Shown: positions 10,468 through 18,968 of the stretch, piece by piece
Layout of the letters: each line of letters begins with the position of its first letter
How positions within the stretch are numbered: position 1 is the stretch's first letter
Assembly: GCA_038128265.1 (NCBI GenBank)
Contig: JAYPJE010000022.1
Span: forward strand, 1 to 58,947
Reading direction: 5' to 3'
Origin: Gemmatimonadota bacterium
GTDB lineage: Bacteria > Latescibacterota > UBA2968 > UBA8231
Length of the DNA stretch: 58,947 nt
Notes under the pieces: generated by a model
The model's input: the letters and a program-made list of their open reading frames with translations, nothing else
Databases searched by the model: none
What the model was told of the DNA's origin: nothing
Position numbers and translations under genes: made by a program

Positions 10468-11244
10468 TCAGTCGGCCATCATGCGTCGAGCAATGGCTGC
10501 CACTAGCGCACGTGGGGTAAAGCGCACTAGCTGCACAAGCGCCTTGTTTAACAGACCGTGCACCGCTACGCGCTTTTGCCTGTGGGCCGCGCGATACCCA
10601 TAGCGCGCCACATCGGCGCTGGTGGGCAAGGTCCGCATGGTAAAAATAAGCGATCGCTCTGCATTGGCCGTGCTGGCAAATTCCGATTCTGTAGTACCGG
10701 GGCACAGCGCCGTTACGCTGACGCCCGTGCCCTTGAGTTCGTTGGCAACGGCCTCAGAGAAATGCAGCACGTAGGCTTTGGTGGCGAAGTACACGGCCAT
10801 CATAGGACCGGGTTGGAATGCCGCCGTCGACGCCATGTTGAGCACGCAGCCAGAGCGGCGCGCGACCATATCGGGCACGAACAGGCGAGTCAACTGCGTC
10901 AGTGCAGCTATATTGAGCGCGATCATCTCCTGTTGGCGCTCGGCATCGCCGTCGATAAACGGGCCGTAGGAGCCAAAGCCGGCATTGTTGACCAAGTAGT
11001 CTATTTGAATAGCGCGTTCGGCCAGCACCCCGTGCAGAGCACGCGCATTATCCAAGACAGATAGATCGTATGCCAACGTGCAGACTTCGACGCCATGATC
11101 CGATCGCATCTCCGCGGCAATCTCTTCGAGCAGCTCTGCGCGCCGCGCCACCAGCACCAAATCGTGGCCGTGGCGCGCAAATTCGCGGGCCAGCTCCAGA
11201 CCGATCCCGCTCGATGCACCGGTAATAAGCGCCGTGCGCCCCAT
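10468..11244 (-). CDS. Short-chain dehydrogenase/reductase (SDR)
   Basis: TALITGASSGIG, LVNNAGFG, YFATK (YxxxK), LCPG.TESEF. ATG at 11244. Confidence 0.92.
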   Translation of the reverse strand: MGRTALITGASSGIGLELAREFARHGHDLVLVARRAELLEEIAAEMRSDHGVEVCTLAYDLSVLDNARALHGVLAERAIQIDYLVNNAGFGSYGPFIDGDAERQQEMIALNIAALTQLTRLFVPDMVARRSGCVLNMASTAAFQPGPMMAVYFATKAYVLHFSEAVANELKGTGVSVTALCPGTTESEFASTANAERSLIFTMRTLPTSADVARYGYRAAHRQKRVAVHGLLNKALVQLVRFTPRALVAAIARRMMAD

Positions 11245-11246
11245 GA

Positions 11247-12710
11247 CTATAATTCTTCTTCTTCTGGTTCGAGACGCCACTCCGGTGCCAGCGTCTCATA
11301 GGTAGCGCTCTCGGCGTTCCACTGCAGGTGCACGGAGCCCACCGGCCCGTTGCGCTGCTTGCCTATAATGATCTCGGCAATGCCCTCCAAGCTGGCTCCG
11401 TCGGGCGACTTGAGACCGTAAATATCGGGACGGTAGATAAACATGACGACATCGGCATCCTGCTCGATAGAGCCCGACTCGCGCAGGTCGGATAGCTGTG
11501 GACGCTTGTCGGTGCGACTCTCCACGGCGCGTGACAGCTGCGACAGAGCCAGCACCGGCACATCGAGCTCTTTGGCCAGCGCTTTCAAGCCGCGCGAAAT
11601 CATGGAAATTTCCTGCTCGCGGCTCTGGGTGCGCGTGTGCGAGCTCATCAGCTGTAAGTAGTCGACGACGACGAGCCCCAATCCGTACTCGCGCTTTAAG
11701 CGCCGCGCCTTGGCCCGCGCTTCTAGAACGGAAATTCCCGGCGTATCGTCGATGTAGATCGGTGCCTGTGCGAGGCGCCCAACGCTGTGGGTAATGCGCA
11801 GCCAATCGTCTTCGCGCAGCCGGCCCGTTCGCAGTTTGTGTAAATCGACGCGCGTCTCTGCGCTGAGCAGGCGCTGTGCCAGCTGCGCCTTCGACATTTC
11901 CAAGCTGAACAGGGCCACGCCGTTGCTATGACCCGTATCCGTATTGGACAGGGCCGCGTTGCGGGCAATCGACAGCGCAAAGGCCGTCTTTCCCACGCTG
12001 GGGCGCGCTGCAAGGATAATCAGGTCGCCGGCCTGCAGGCCCGAGGTGCGTTCGTTGAGATCCGCAAATCCGGTATCGATACCGGAAACGGTGCTGACGC
12101 GGTTGTGAGCGCGCTCGATCATCTCCAGCGTTTCGCCCAAGACGAGCTCGAGCGACTGAAAGCCGTCGCTGATCTGATTTTCCGAAAGGCTGAAAATCCG
12201 CTCTTCCGTGCGATCGATCAGGTTCTGCACCTCATCGGTGCCCTCGTAGGCCTGTTCGATAACCTCGCTGGCCGTTTCGATCAGCTTGCGACTTAGTGCC
12301 TTGTCGAGAACAATGCGCGCGTGAAAGTCGATATTGGCCGACGTAGCCACTTCGGTAGCCAGCTTGGCCAGATAACTCACCCCGCCCACTTCGGCGAGCT
12401 GTTCGCGCTTTTTTAGCTCTTCGCTCAGCGTCAGCTGATCGACCGCCTCACTGCGCTCATACAGGGCCATAATTGCTTGAAATATCAGCCCATTCGCACC
12501 GTGATAAAAACAGCTTTCGTCGAGAATTTCGTAGGCACGACCGATGGCGCGCGAGTCGACCATCATCGCCCCGAGCACGGCCTGTTCAACTTCTACGGCC
12601 TGCGGCGGCAGGCGTTCAATACCCGATGCCGAATTGGGCCGAGCGCGCCCTTCCCCACCGCGCGCGCCGTTGCCACTATAGCCACCGTTGCCGCTGTGCC
12701 CCTGACTCAT
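11247..12710 (-). CDS. dnaB: Replicative DNA helicase DnaB
   Basis: PPQAVEVEQAVLGAM, Walker A AARPSVGKT, FSLEMS, VVDYLQLM, LSQLSR, DLRESGSIEQDAD, KQRNGPVG; no intein. Confidence 0.98.
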   Translation of the reverse strand: MSQGHSGNGGYSGNGARGGEGRARPNSASGIERLPPQAVEVEQAVLGAMMVDSRAIGRAYEILDESCFYHGANGLIFQAIMALYERSEAVDQLTLSEELKKREQLAEVGGVSYLAKLATEVATSANIDFHARIVLDKALSRKLIETASEVIEQAYEGTDEVQNLIDRTEERIFSLSENQISDGFQSLELVLGETLEMIERAHNRVSTVSGIDTGFADLNERTSGLQAGDLIILAARPSVGKTAFALSIARNAALSNTDTGHSNGVALFSLEMSKAQLAQRLLSAETRVDLHKLRTGRLREDDWLRITHSVGRLAQAPIYIDDTPGISVLEARAKARRLKREYGLGLVVVDYLQLMSSHTRTQSREQEISMISRGLKALAKELDVPVLALSQLSRAVESRTDKRPQLSDLRESGSIEQDADVVMFIYRPDIYGLKSPDGASLEGIAEIIIGKQRNGPVGSVHLQWNAESATYETLAPEWRLEPEEEEL

Positions 12711-12717
12711 GCCATCC

Positions 12718-13482
12718 TCATAGTTCGACGCCGTCGTAAAGTAGGCGCACTTTCTTTATATCTTCCCAAGTAGGTCGCTTCCACTGGGGGTTGCGCAGCA
12801 GGGCCGCCGGGTGATAGGTCGCAACCAGCGGTATGCCCTCGTAGCGGTGCTCGCTCTGGCGCAGACGCCCCATTGATTGGTCGCTGCGCAATAGCGTTTG
12901 CGCAGCAAAGCGTCCAAGCGTGCAGATAACGCGCGGCTGCACCCACTCGATCTGGCGCTTTAAATACGGCTCGCACTGCTCAATTTCATCGGGCTGCGGA
13001 TCGCGATTATTGGGCGGGCGGCACTTGAGTATATTGCAGATGTATACATCGTCACGTGCCAACCCCATAGCCTCTATAATCTTGGTCAATAGCTGTCCAG
13101 CCGCACCGACAAAGGGCTGTCCCGAGCGGTCTTCGTCGGCGCCGGGCGCCTCGCCAACAAACATGATTCCGGCATCCTCGCGCCCGCTGCCAAAAACAAA
13201 CTGGTTGCGCGTCGCCCCCAGGCGACAGCGAGTGCACTGGCAGATCTGCTGGCGAAAGGCCTCCAGCGAAGAGGCGGGTTCAGCGGCCGGCTCTTCGGCG
13301 GCCACCGCATCCTCGCGTTCGCCCTGAGCCGCAGGTGTGCGAAGCCCTTCAGACAACACGTTCTCCGCAGTGCCAGCGGGCAACATAAACGAATCGCCTT
13401 CAAAAAGGACCAGGTCTTCTACAAAGCGCCGGGCCTCGGCTAGTGGATCTGTGCTGTCATCGGCTGTGCCCATGAGACTCAA
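12718..13482 (-). CDS. Uracil-DNA glycosylase family 4 (Fe-S)
   Basis: CTRCRL, MFVGEAPGADED..G.PFVGAAGQLL, NILKCRPPNNRDP, TYHPAALLR. Start is TTG 13482 or ATG 13473. Confidence 0.93.
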   Translation of the reverse strand: MSLMGTADDSTDPLAEARRFVEDLVLFEGDSFMLPAGTAENVLSEGLRTPAAQGEREDAVAAEEPAAEPASSLEAFRQQICQCTRCRLGATRNQFVFGSGREDAGIMFVGEAPGADEDRSGQPFVGAAGQLLTKIIEAMGLARDDVYICNILKCRPPNNRDPQPDEIEQCEPYLKRQIEWVQPRVICTLGRFAAQTLLRSDQSMGRLRQSEHRYEGIPLVATYHPAALLRNPQWKRPTWEDIKKVRLLYDGVEL

Positions 13483-13505
13483 GATCTGTGCTCATCCCAA
13501 CCGAG

Positions 13506-14705
13506 TCAAGCTATTTCAGCGCGGGTTTTGACCAACCAATCCAAAATGCGATCGGCCACGCCAACCTTGCTCATCTTGGGCAGTTGTTCGACGTTGCCCT
13601 GCGCATCAATAAGCGTTACGACGTTGGTGTCGACGCCAAAACCCGCCCCTTCGTCAAACAAGTTATTGAGCGCAATAAGATCCCCGCCTTTGCGCTGCAA
13701 CTTCTCTCCGGCGCGTTCGACGCCGCGCTCCGTCTCCATGGCGAACAGCACCAGCGTGCGCCCTTCTTTGCGCTGGCCAAGACCGGCCGCAATATCGGGA
13801 TTTTCAATCAATTCGATAGAGCGTGCACCGTCGCCGCGCTTGATCTTTTGCTCGGAAACTTCAGCCGCCCTGTAGTCGGCGACCGCAGCGGCGAGAATAG
13901 CGGCATCGGCGGTGACGAAAGCCGCCTCCGCCGCCCGCTGCATCTCCACGGCAGAACGCACGTCGACGCGCTCGACACCCGTCGGCGTCGGTAAGTGCGT
14001 AGGCCCAGCGACGAGCGTCACCTGTGCACCGCGCGTCTGCGCCCGTTCAGCGAGGGCAAAGCCCATTTTGCCAGTGGAGCGATTGCCGATAAAGCGCACC
14101 GGATCGATATCTTCCAGCGTCGGTCCTGCCGTCACCAGAATGCGCATATTGCATAAGTCCCCCGGTGCCCACAGCTCCTCGACGCGCGCGGCGATGTCCT
14201 CCGGCTCGGCCATGCGACCCGCCCCGCTAGCGCCGGAGGCCAGCTCGCCAACAGCGGGGTCAATCCAGTGCCAGCCGCGCGCGCGCACGGCGTCTGCATT
14301 GGCCTGCACGGCTTCGTGCAACAGCATGTGCTCCTCCATGGCCGGAGCGGCAACAATCGGCACGCGCGCACCCAGCAGCAGCGTCGTTGCCAAATCGTCG
14401 GCCAGGCCGTGAGCCGCTCGAGCCAGCAAATGGGCCGTAGCCGGTGCAATGACAATGGCATCGGCCCATTCAGCAAGACCAACGTGTAGCACGGGAAACT
14501 CGGGATCGCGGTAAAATAGATCGCAGTAGACAGGATGGCGCGACAGTGCCTCAAGTGCCGGGTACGCCACAAAGTGCCCGGCATTGGCCGTGGTGACGAC
14601 GCGCACGTCGGCACCGCGCCGAACGAGCTCGCGCAGCAGCAGCGGTGCTTTATAAGCGGCAATGCCCCCGCTGATGAGCAGTATAATGCGACGGCCGCGT
14701 AGCAT
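13506..14705 (-). CDS. coaBC: Bifunctional phosphopantothenoylcysteine decarboxylase / phosphopantothenate-cysteine ligase
   Basis: GGIAAYK, APATA, APAM, G.GRMAEP, VTAGPTLEDIDPVRFIGNRSTGKMG, AAAVADY, ENPDI. Confidence 0.96.
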   Translation of the reverse strand: MLRGRRIILLISGGIAAYKAPLLLRELVRRGADVRVVTTANAGHFVAYPALEALSRHPVYCDLFYRDPEFPVLHVGLAEWADAIVIAPATAHLLARAAHGLADDLATTLLLGARVPIVAAPAMEEHMLLHEAVQANADAVRARGWHWIDPAVGELASGASGAGRMAEPEDIAARVEELWAPGDLCNMRILVTAGPTLEDIDPVRFIGNRSTGKMGFALAERAQTRGAQVTLVAGPTHLPTPTGVERVDVRSAVEMQRAAEAAFVTADAAILAAAVADYRAAEVSEQKIKRGDGARSIELIENPDIAAGLGQRKEGRTLVLFAMETERGVERAGEKLQRKGGDLIALNNLFDEGAGFGVDTNVVTLIDAQGNVEQLPKMSKVGVADRILDWLVKTRAEIA

Positions 14706-14707
14706 GG

Positions 14708-15241
14708 TTAGTGTCCTCCGAGAGCGCGTTCAATGCGTGAGACTACGCGGGCAGGCGAATGCTCTACTGTATCGACAACGACGTCGTAAATAGACAGGTC
14801 GGCAATGTCGATGCCGTGGTGTTCCCGATAGCGCTGCGCCTCAGACGCCTGGCGCGCCAGCATTTTCTCGAGCGCCTGCGGGTCGCCATCGCGCCCACCG
14901 ACTCGCTCTGCGCGCACATCTGCCGGCGCTGCAAGCCATACCTTTAGCGCCGATAACGCGCCGCGCAAAGCCATCCATCCCGTCATACGCCCTTCGAGAA
15001 TAACCGGCTGCTGCCGGCAGGCGACCTGCACCATGCGCTCGTCCAACTGGCGATCGATATCGGGATCTTTCTCGGCTCGAGCACCCCACTCGGCCAGCGT
15101 GAGGCCCTGTTCGCTCGCCATATCGCGAAAAATCTGACCCGCATTTACGTAGTGCCACCCAAGGCGCTCGCGCAGGAGAGCACAGGCCGTGCTGGTGCCA
15201 CTGCCGGGCAAACCGCTCACCGTGAGTATAGCGGCTGACAT
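14708..15241 (-). CDS. cmk: Cytidylate kinase, archaeal-type (P-loop NMP kinase)
   Basis: TVSGLPGSGTST, GQIFRDMA, IDRQLDER, ILEGRMTGW, KVWL.AP, RY....GIDIADLSIYDVVVDT match the short archaeal Cmk family rather than bacterial Cmk or Gmk. Confidence 0.8.
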   Translation of the reverse strand: MSAAILTVSGLPGSGTSTACALLRERLGWHYVNAGQIFRDMASEQGLTLAEWGARAEKDPDIDRQLDERMVQVACRQQPVILEGRMTGWMALRGALSALKVWLAAPADVRAERVGGRDGDPQALEKMLARQASEAQRYREHHGIDIADLSIYDVVVDTVEHSPARVVSRIERALGGH

Positions 15242-15242
15242 C

Positions 15243-16121
15243 TCAGGCTAAGTTCTGCACCTGTTCTCGCAGGCGCTCCACTTCTTCTTTGATTTCCAGC
15301 GCCGCATGCACGATCGGCGTATTGGCCGCCTTTGAGCTGATCGTATTGGCCTCGCGGTTCATTTCCTGCAGGAGAAAGTTAAAGCGACGGCCCACTTCAC
15401 CGCCTTTTTCCAGCGCTTCCAGAAACTGTCCGTTATGGCTGTGAAAGCGCACAATTTCCTCCATTATGTCGCTGCGTTCGGCAATAAGAGCGATCTCCAT
15501 AGCCAGACGCGACTCGTCCACCTCACCTGGGTTGAGCAGCTCCTCTATGCGCTCGCGCAGGCGGTTTTGCACCTGCTGTCGCGCTTCGGGCACGCGCGCT
15601 TCAATCTGTGACAGTAGCCCTTCAACCTTTGCGATACGGCTGCGCAGATCGGCCGCGAGTGCCGTCCCTTCGCTCTGACACATGGCAAGAAAATCGTCCA
15701 GGGCCTGCCCTATCGCCGCCTGCAGCAGCGCCCCATTTTCGTCGTCATCTCCATCATCCGTCCCGCTGCGAAAAACCCCGGGAAGGCGCATCAGCACGGC
15801 CAGTTCGACGTCCCCGTGCACGCCCTCCATTGACGCCAGACGCCCGGCCTCATCGATATAGCGACGCGCTACGGCCTCATCGAGCTGCGGCAGGGGACCG
15901 CTGCCCCCCTCTTCTTCAAGCGATATGTACACGCTGACTTTGCCGCGCCCAACCGCCTTTTGCACCTGCTCCCGCACGCTCTGCTCAAACACCTGCAGCG
16001 ACTGGGGACTGCGCACCTGTATATCGAGAAAGCGGCTGTTGACCGAGCGCAATTCCACGCCGATACGGCTCCCCTTGCCCTCGGCACTGCCGCGCCCAAA
16101 GCCGGTCATACTCGCAATCAT
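15243..16121 (-). CDS. yicC: YicC/YloC family endoribonuclease
   Basis: MIASMTGFGR, ELRSVNSRFLD, RGKV, GRRFNFLLQEMNREANTISSK, EVERLREQVQN. Confidence 0.95.
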   Translation of the reverse strand: MIASMTGFGRGSAEGKGSRIGVELRSVNSRFLDIQVRSPQSLQVFEQSVREQVQKAVGRGKVSVYISLEEEGGSGPLPQLDEAVARRYIDEAGRLASMEGVHGDVELAVLMRLPGVFRSGTDDGDDDENGALLQAAIGQALDDFLAMCQSEGTALAADLRSRIAKVEGLLSQIEARVPEARQQVQNRLRERIEELLNPGEVDESRLAMEIALIAERSDIMEEIVRFHSHNGQFLEALEKGGEVGRRFNFLLQEMNREANTISSKAANTPIVHAALEIKEEVERLREQVQNLA

Positions 16122-16156
16122 TTGTGCCTCATTTTCCTTCGCATTTGCATCTTATT

Positions 16157-16185
16157 AACATAATCGGCGCTGAGATCCATGTCGA
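16157..16185 (-). promoter_or_regulatory. Putative sigma-70 promoter for the yicC-cmk-coaBC-udg-dnaB-SDR-obg operon
   Basis: Minus strand TCGACA-N17-TATGTT, about 35 nt upstream of the yicC ATG, in an AT-richer intergenic gap. Confidence 0.45.
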
Positions 16186-16192
16186 GGTTTTC

Positions 16193-17434
16193 CTAGTTGT
16201 CCCCCGAATAGACCGACATGCGCGTCAAAGCCGAAAATCCTTCCAAACGCGCCAGTGCGACGCCGTCTTCGGCAAACTTCCACAGCGTAGAGGCCGTGGC
16301 GACCCAAGCGCGGCTTTGCTCCGGGTCGACGGCGATGGAACGACCATCGGGCACATCTTCCCACTGCTGCAGCAGCGTTCCATCGCGATCGTAGTGCGCC
16401 ATAGCGCGCTCCGCAAGCACCCAGACACTACCATCGCGATCGTTTATGCTCAGCGAGCGCGCATGGGCAAAGGGCAGGGCCACCTCTCGTTCGGAGCCAT
16501 CAGGATCCAGCCGCATCATCCCATCGCCGTCGCGCACCAATACCCATGCCGCCCCCTCCGGTCCGACGTCAATATAGCCGGGCCGGTCCAACGAACGAAA
16601 TTCTACCAAGCGCTGACCGCGCGATGAATAGAGAAAAGCCCGCCCCTGTATGCGATCCACTATCCAACATGCACCCGCAATGGCTGCCAATCCGGCTGGC
16701 TCAGCTAAGCTTGCGTCGACGACGAAGAATTCGAGCGAGTCGCTGCTGGCCAGGGAAAACCAGAACACCTCTCCGCGCTTCGTATCGGCAACCCAACCAA
16801 TACCCGCTCTCGCATCGATCTCCAATTCGCCCGACTTCTCCAGGGACGCAGCAAAGCGATGCAGCTCTCCATCGGCATCAATCCGATAGAGCGAACCGGC
16901 ACTGCCGTCGCTGACCCAGCAGGATCCATCGCTGGCATCAACGGCGATGTCGCGCAAATCGAAAAAGCGCCCACGCGCAAAACGCGCGCTGCGGGCGTCG
17001 GGATTCACCTTCCACACTAGGCCGCTGCCGCGGTCTGCAACCCAAACCGACTCGGGGCCCGGCATCGCGCGCACGGGGTCCCCTGCGCTGCGCTCCCCCT
17101 GACCGGTTATCAACAGACTGAGACCATACTCGTAGAGGGTGCCGTTAACGGCGCTATCGTCGACAAAGCCTCTGCGCTCTGGCGGCAGTGGATCCGCCGT
17201 CAGCGGAGCAAAAGGACCATCGCCTTCTCTGCGGTAAAGGCGAAAGCCCTCGACGTCAGCGAATTGACTGTAGTCCCACTGCAGATCAACCTGCCCGTCG
17301 CCGGCCATGGCCTCTAAGTTTCCGACGGTAAAAGAACCCGGCCCCGCCTGCGGATCGAGCGGATTGAGGCGCTGGCGGTCGCTGCAGGCAGCCCATAGCA
17401 GGGCACACAGCGCAATGTAGCCCAGTGCACTCAT
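16193..17434 (-). CDS. Putative lipoprotein with FN3-like domain and NHL/beta-propeller repeats
   Basis: Lipobox WAA-C followed by SDRQRLNPLDP; FN3-like (GDGQVDLQW, GFRLYRR, FVDDSAVNGTLYEY); repeated W(V/I)AD propeller blades. Confidence 0.7.
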   Translation of the reverse strand: MSALGYIALCALLWAACSDRQRLNPLDPQAGPGSFTVGNLEAMAGDGQVDLQWDYSQFADVEGFRLYRREGDGPFAPLTADPLPPERRGFVDDSAVNGTLYEYGLSLLITGQGERSAGDPVRAMPGPESVWVADRGSGLVWKVNPDARSARFARGRFFDLRDIAVDASDGSCWVSDGSAGSLYRIDADGELHRFAASLEKSGELEIDARAGIGWVADTKRGEVFWFSLASSDSLEFFVVDASLAEPAGLAAIAGACWIVDRIQGRAFLYSSRGQRLVEFRSLDRPGYIDVGPEGAAWVLVRDGDGMMRLDPDGSEREVALPFAHARSLSINDRDGSVWVLAERAMAHYDRDGTLLQQWEDVPDGRSIAVDPEQSRAWVATASTLWKFAEDGVALARLEGFSALTRMSVYSGDN

Positions 17435-17874
17435 CGGCGAAAAAACAGAAGATACGAAGTGAAAAGAACGCCGACTTCCATGCCGACAAAAGCCGTTCCG
17501 GCGATGCGATCGTATCGCTCGGCGCGCTCGAAATAGCGCTGCTGACTCAGCGTGTTGGCCGAGTGCATATAGCGCCGGTACGCGCTATCGGCGCGCTCTT
17601 TGCTCCAATAGGCCAGCGCCCCCATTCCCAGCGTCCACGCAGCGCTCAGCAACAGCTGCCGCTGCGCGCGCAGCCCACCCTTTCGCTCCTTTGTTGCGGC
17701 GGCCATGCGCCCGACTGTCGCCGCCTCGAGCGTCTGCTGCCGCTGCGGCGACACCTCGACACAGCAGCGCATAAAACGCCGTTCCAGCTCAGCAGACGAC
17801 AGCGCGGCGGGCAGCACCAACTGTGCGCACAGCAGCGCACAGAGCGCGAGACTGATTGATTCCCTGCGAATCAT
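17431..17874 (-). CDS. Hypothetical membrane/exported protein
   Basis: ATG at 17874 after GGAGAAGG; signal-like N-terminus and two hydrophobic segments; overlaps the next gene by 4 nt. Confidence 0.6.
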   Translation of the reverse strand: MIRRESISLALCALLCAQLVLPAALSSAELERRFMRCCVEVSPQRQQTLEAATVGRMAAATKERKGGLRAQRQLLLSAAWTLGMGALAYWSKERADSAYRRYMHSANTLSQQRYFERAERYDRIAGTAFVGMEVGVLFTSYLLFFRR

Positions 17875-17890
17875 ACCTTCTCCATGACGT

Positions 17891-18967
17891 CTAACGCCGA
17901 CCAAAGGCGTATAGCCTCTTTTTCTCCGTAGCCACAATGACCGCTCCTCCGGCGCTTATAACCGGCTGTAATACCGCCCCTTCGAGGCGGAATTTCCACA
18001 GCAAATTGCCCCCCTCAGCACCCAGCGCGTAGAGGTGGCCATCGCTGGAGGCTACATAGCAAATGCGGCCACTGGCCAGCGGCCAACTGCGCACCACGCC
18101 GTCCGTTTCAAAGCGCCACTGGCGGTGACCGAGCTCGGCATCCAGTCCATATACTCCGCGGTCGGCCGCTCCTACTACCAGCGTCTCTCCAACCAGTGCC
18201 ATGCCTTCACTCGGCAGCGCACCCAACTGGGCTTCCCATAGGAGAACGCCATCATCGGCGCGCAGCGCGACAACGCCGCCGGCTGCCGTGCCTAACCACA
18301 CCATTCCATTCTCCACCAGCGGCACCGTGCGCACCCCGCTCTCTAGCTGACGGCGCCACACCTCCTCGCCGTCGACTGCGCGCAGTGCACGCACAAGGCC
18401 ACGCCCGTCGCCTACGTAGAGATAATCGCCATCGAGCGTCGGCGGCGCGCGCAGGGGCGCATCCACAGGTGCACGCCACAGCGGCTTTCCCTCATCCAAC
18501 GCAAAGGCGTGGAACGCGCCCCCCTCAGCCGCGACGAATACCGTGTCGCCACGCACGACCGGAGCAAGGCAAAACGTGCCCTCCTGGCGCCACCGTTCTT
18601 TTTTCGCGCGACGATCCCAAGCCACGAGCGCCGCATCTTTGCCAACGGTGCCTATCAGCAGCACATCCCCCACGGGCTGCATGGCCCCACACACCTTATT
18701 GTCGAGGCCCTTCTTCCCCACGCGTTCTCCGCTGTGCACATCAAACGCGTAGAGCGTTCCGGCACTGCTCAACTGTATTAGCAGAGGCGCGGCATTCACT
18801 GCCGCACCAAGCGGAGCCCCATCTAGCTTTTGCTGCCACAGCAGCGATAGAGGCGGCTCGGGCGCATCATCTAGGAGCTCACCTTGGGCATAGAATGTCC
18901 CGCCTCCACATCCGCACACACAGACCCACAGCGCGCACAGCGCCCGAACCCAGTACCTGAAGAACAC
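17891..18967 (-). CDS. PQQ-like beta-propeller lipoprotein (BamB-like)
   Basis: Repeated LYA(L/F)D..G...W blades; Cys-rich lipobox-like N-terminus; GTG at 18967 directly after the Omp85 gene stop. Confidence 0.8.
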   Translation of the reverse strand: MFFRYWVRALCALWVCVCGCGGGTFYAQGELLDDAPEPPLSLLWQQKLDGAPLGAAVNAAPLLIQLSSAGTLYAFDVHSGERVGKKGLDNKVCGAMQPVGDVLLIGTVGKDAALVAWDRRAKKERWRQEGTFCLAPVVRGDTVFVAAEGGAFHAFALDEGKPLWRAPVDAPLRAPPTLDGDYLYVGDGRGLVRALRAVDGEEVWRRQLESGVRTVPLVENGMVWLGTAAGGVVALRADDGVLLWEAQLGALPSEGMALVGETLVVGAADRGVYGLDAELGHRQWRFETDGVVRSWPLASGRICYVASSDGHLYALGAEGGNLLWKFRLEGAVLQPVISAGGAVIVATEKKRLYAFGRR

Positions 18968-18968
18968 G

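Noticed and set aside
10460..10705. N-terminal extension of Obg (and similar extensions of the ORFs at 19189, 21917 and 47007)
   Set aside because: These extensions overlap the upstream genes; downstream starts give the family-typical N-terminus or a signal peptide.
11247..12710. Intein in DnaB
   Set aside because: Length (487 aa) and contiguous helicase motifs leave no room for an insertion.
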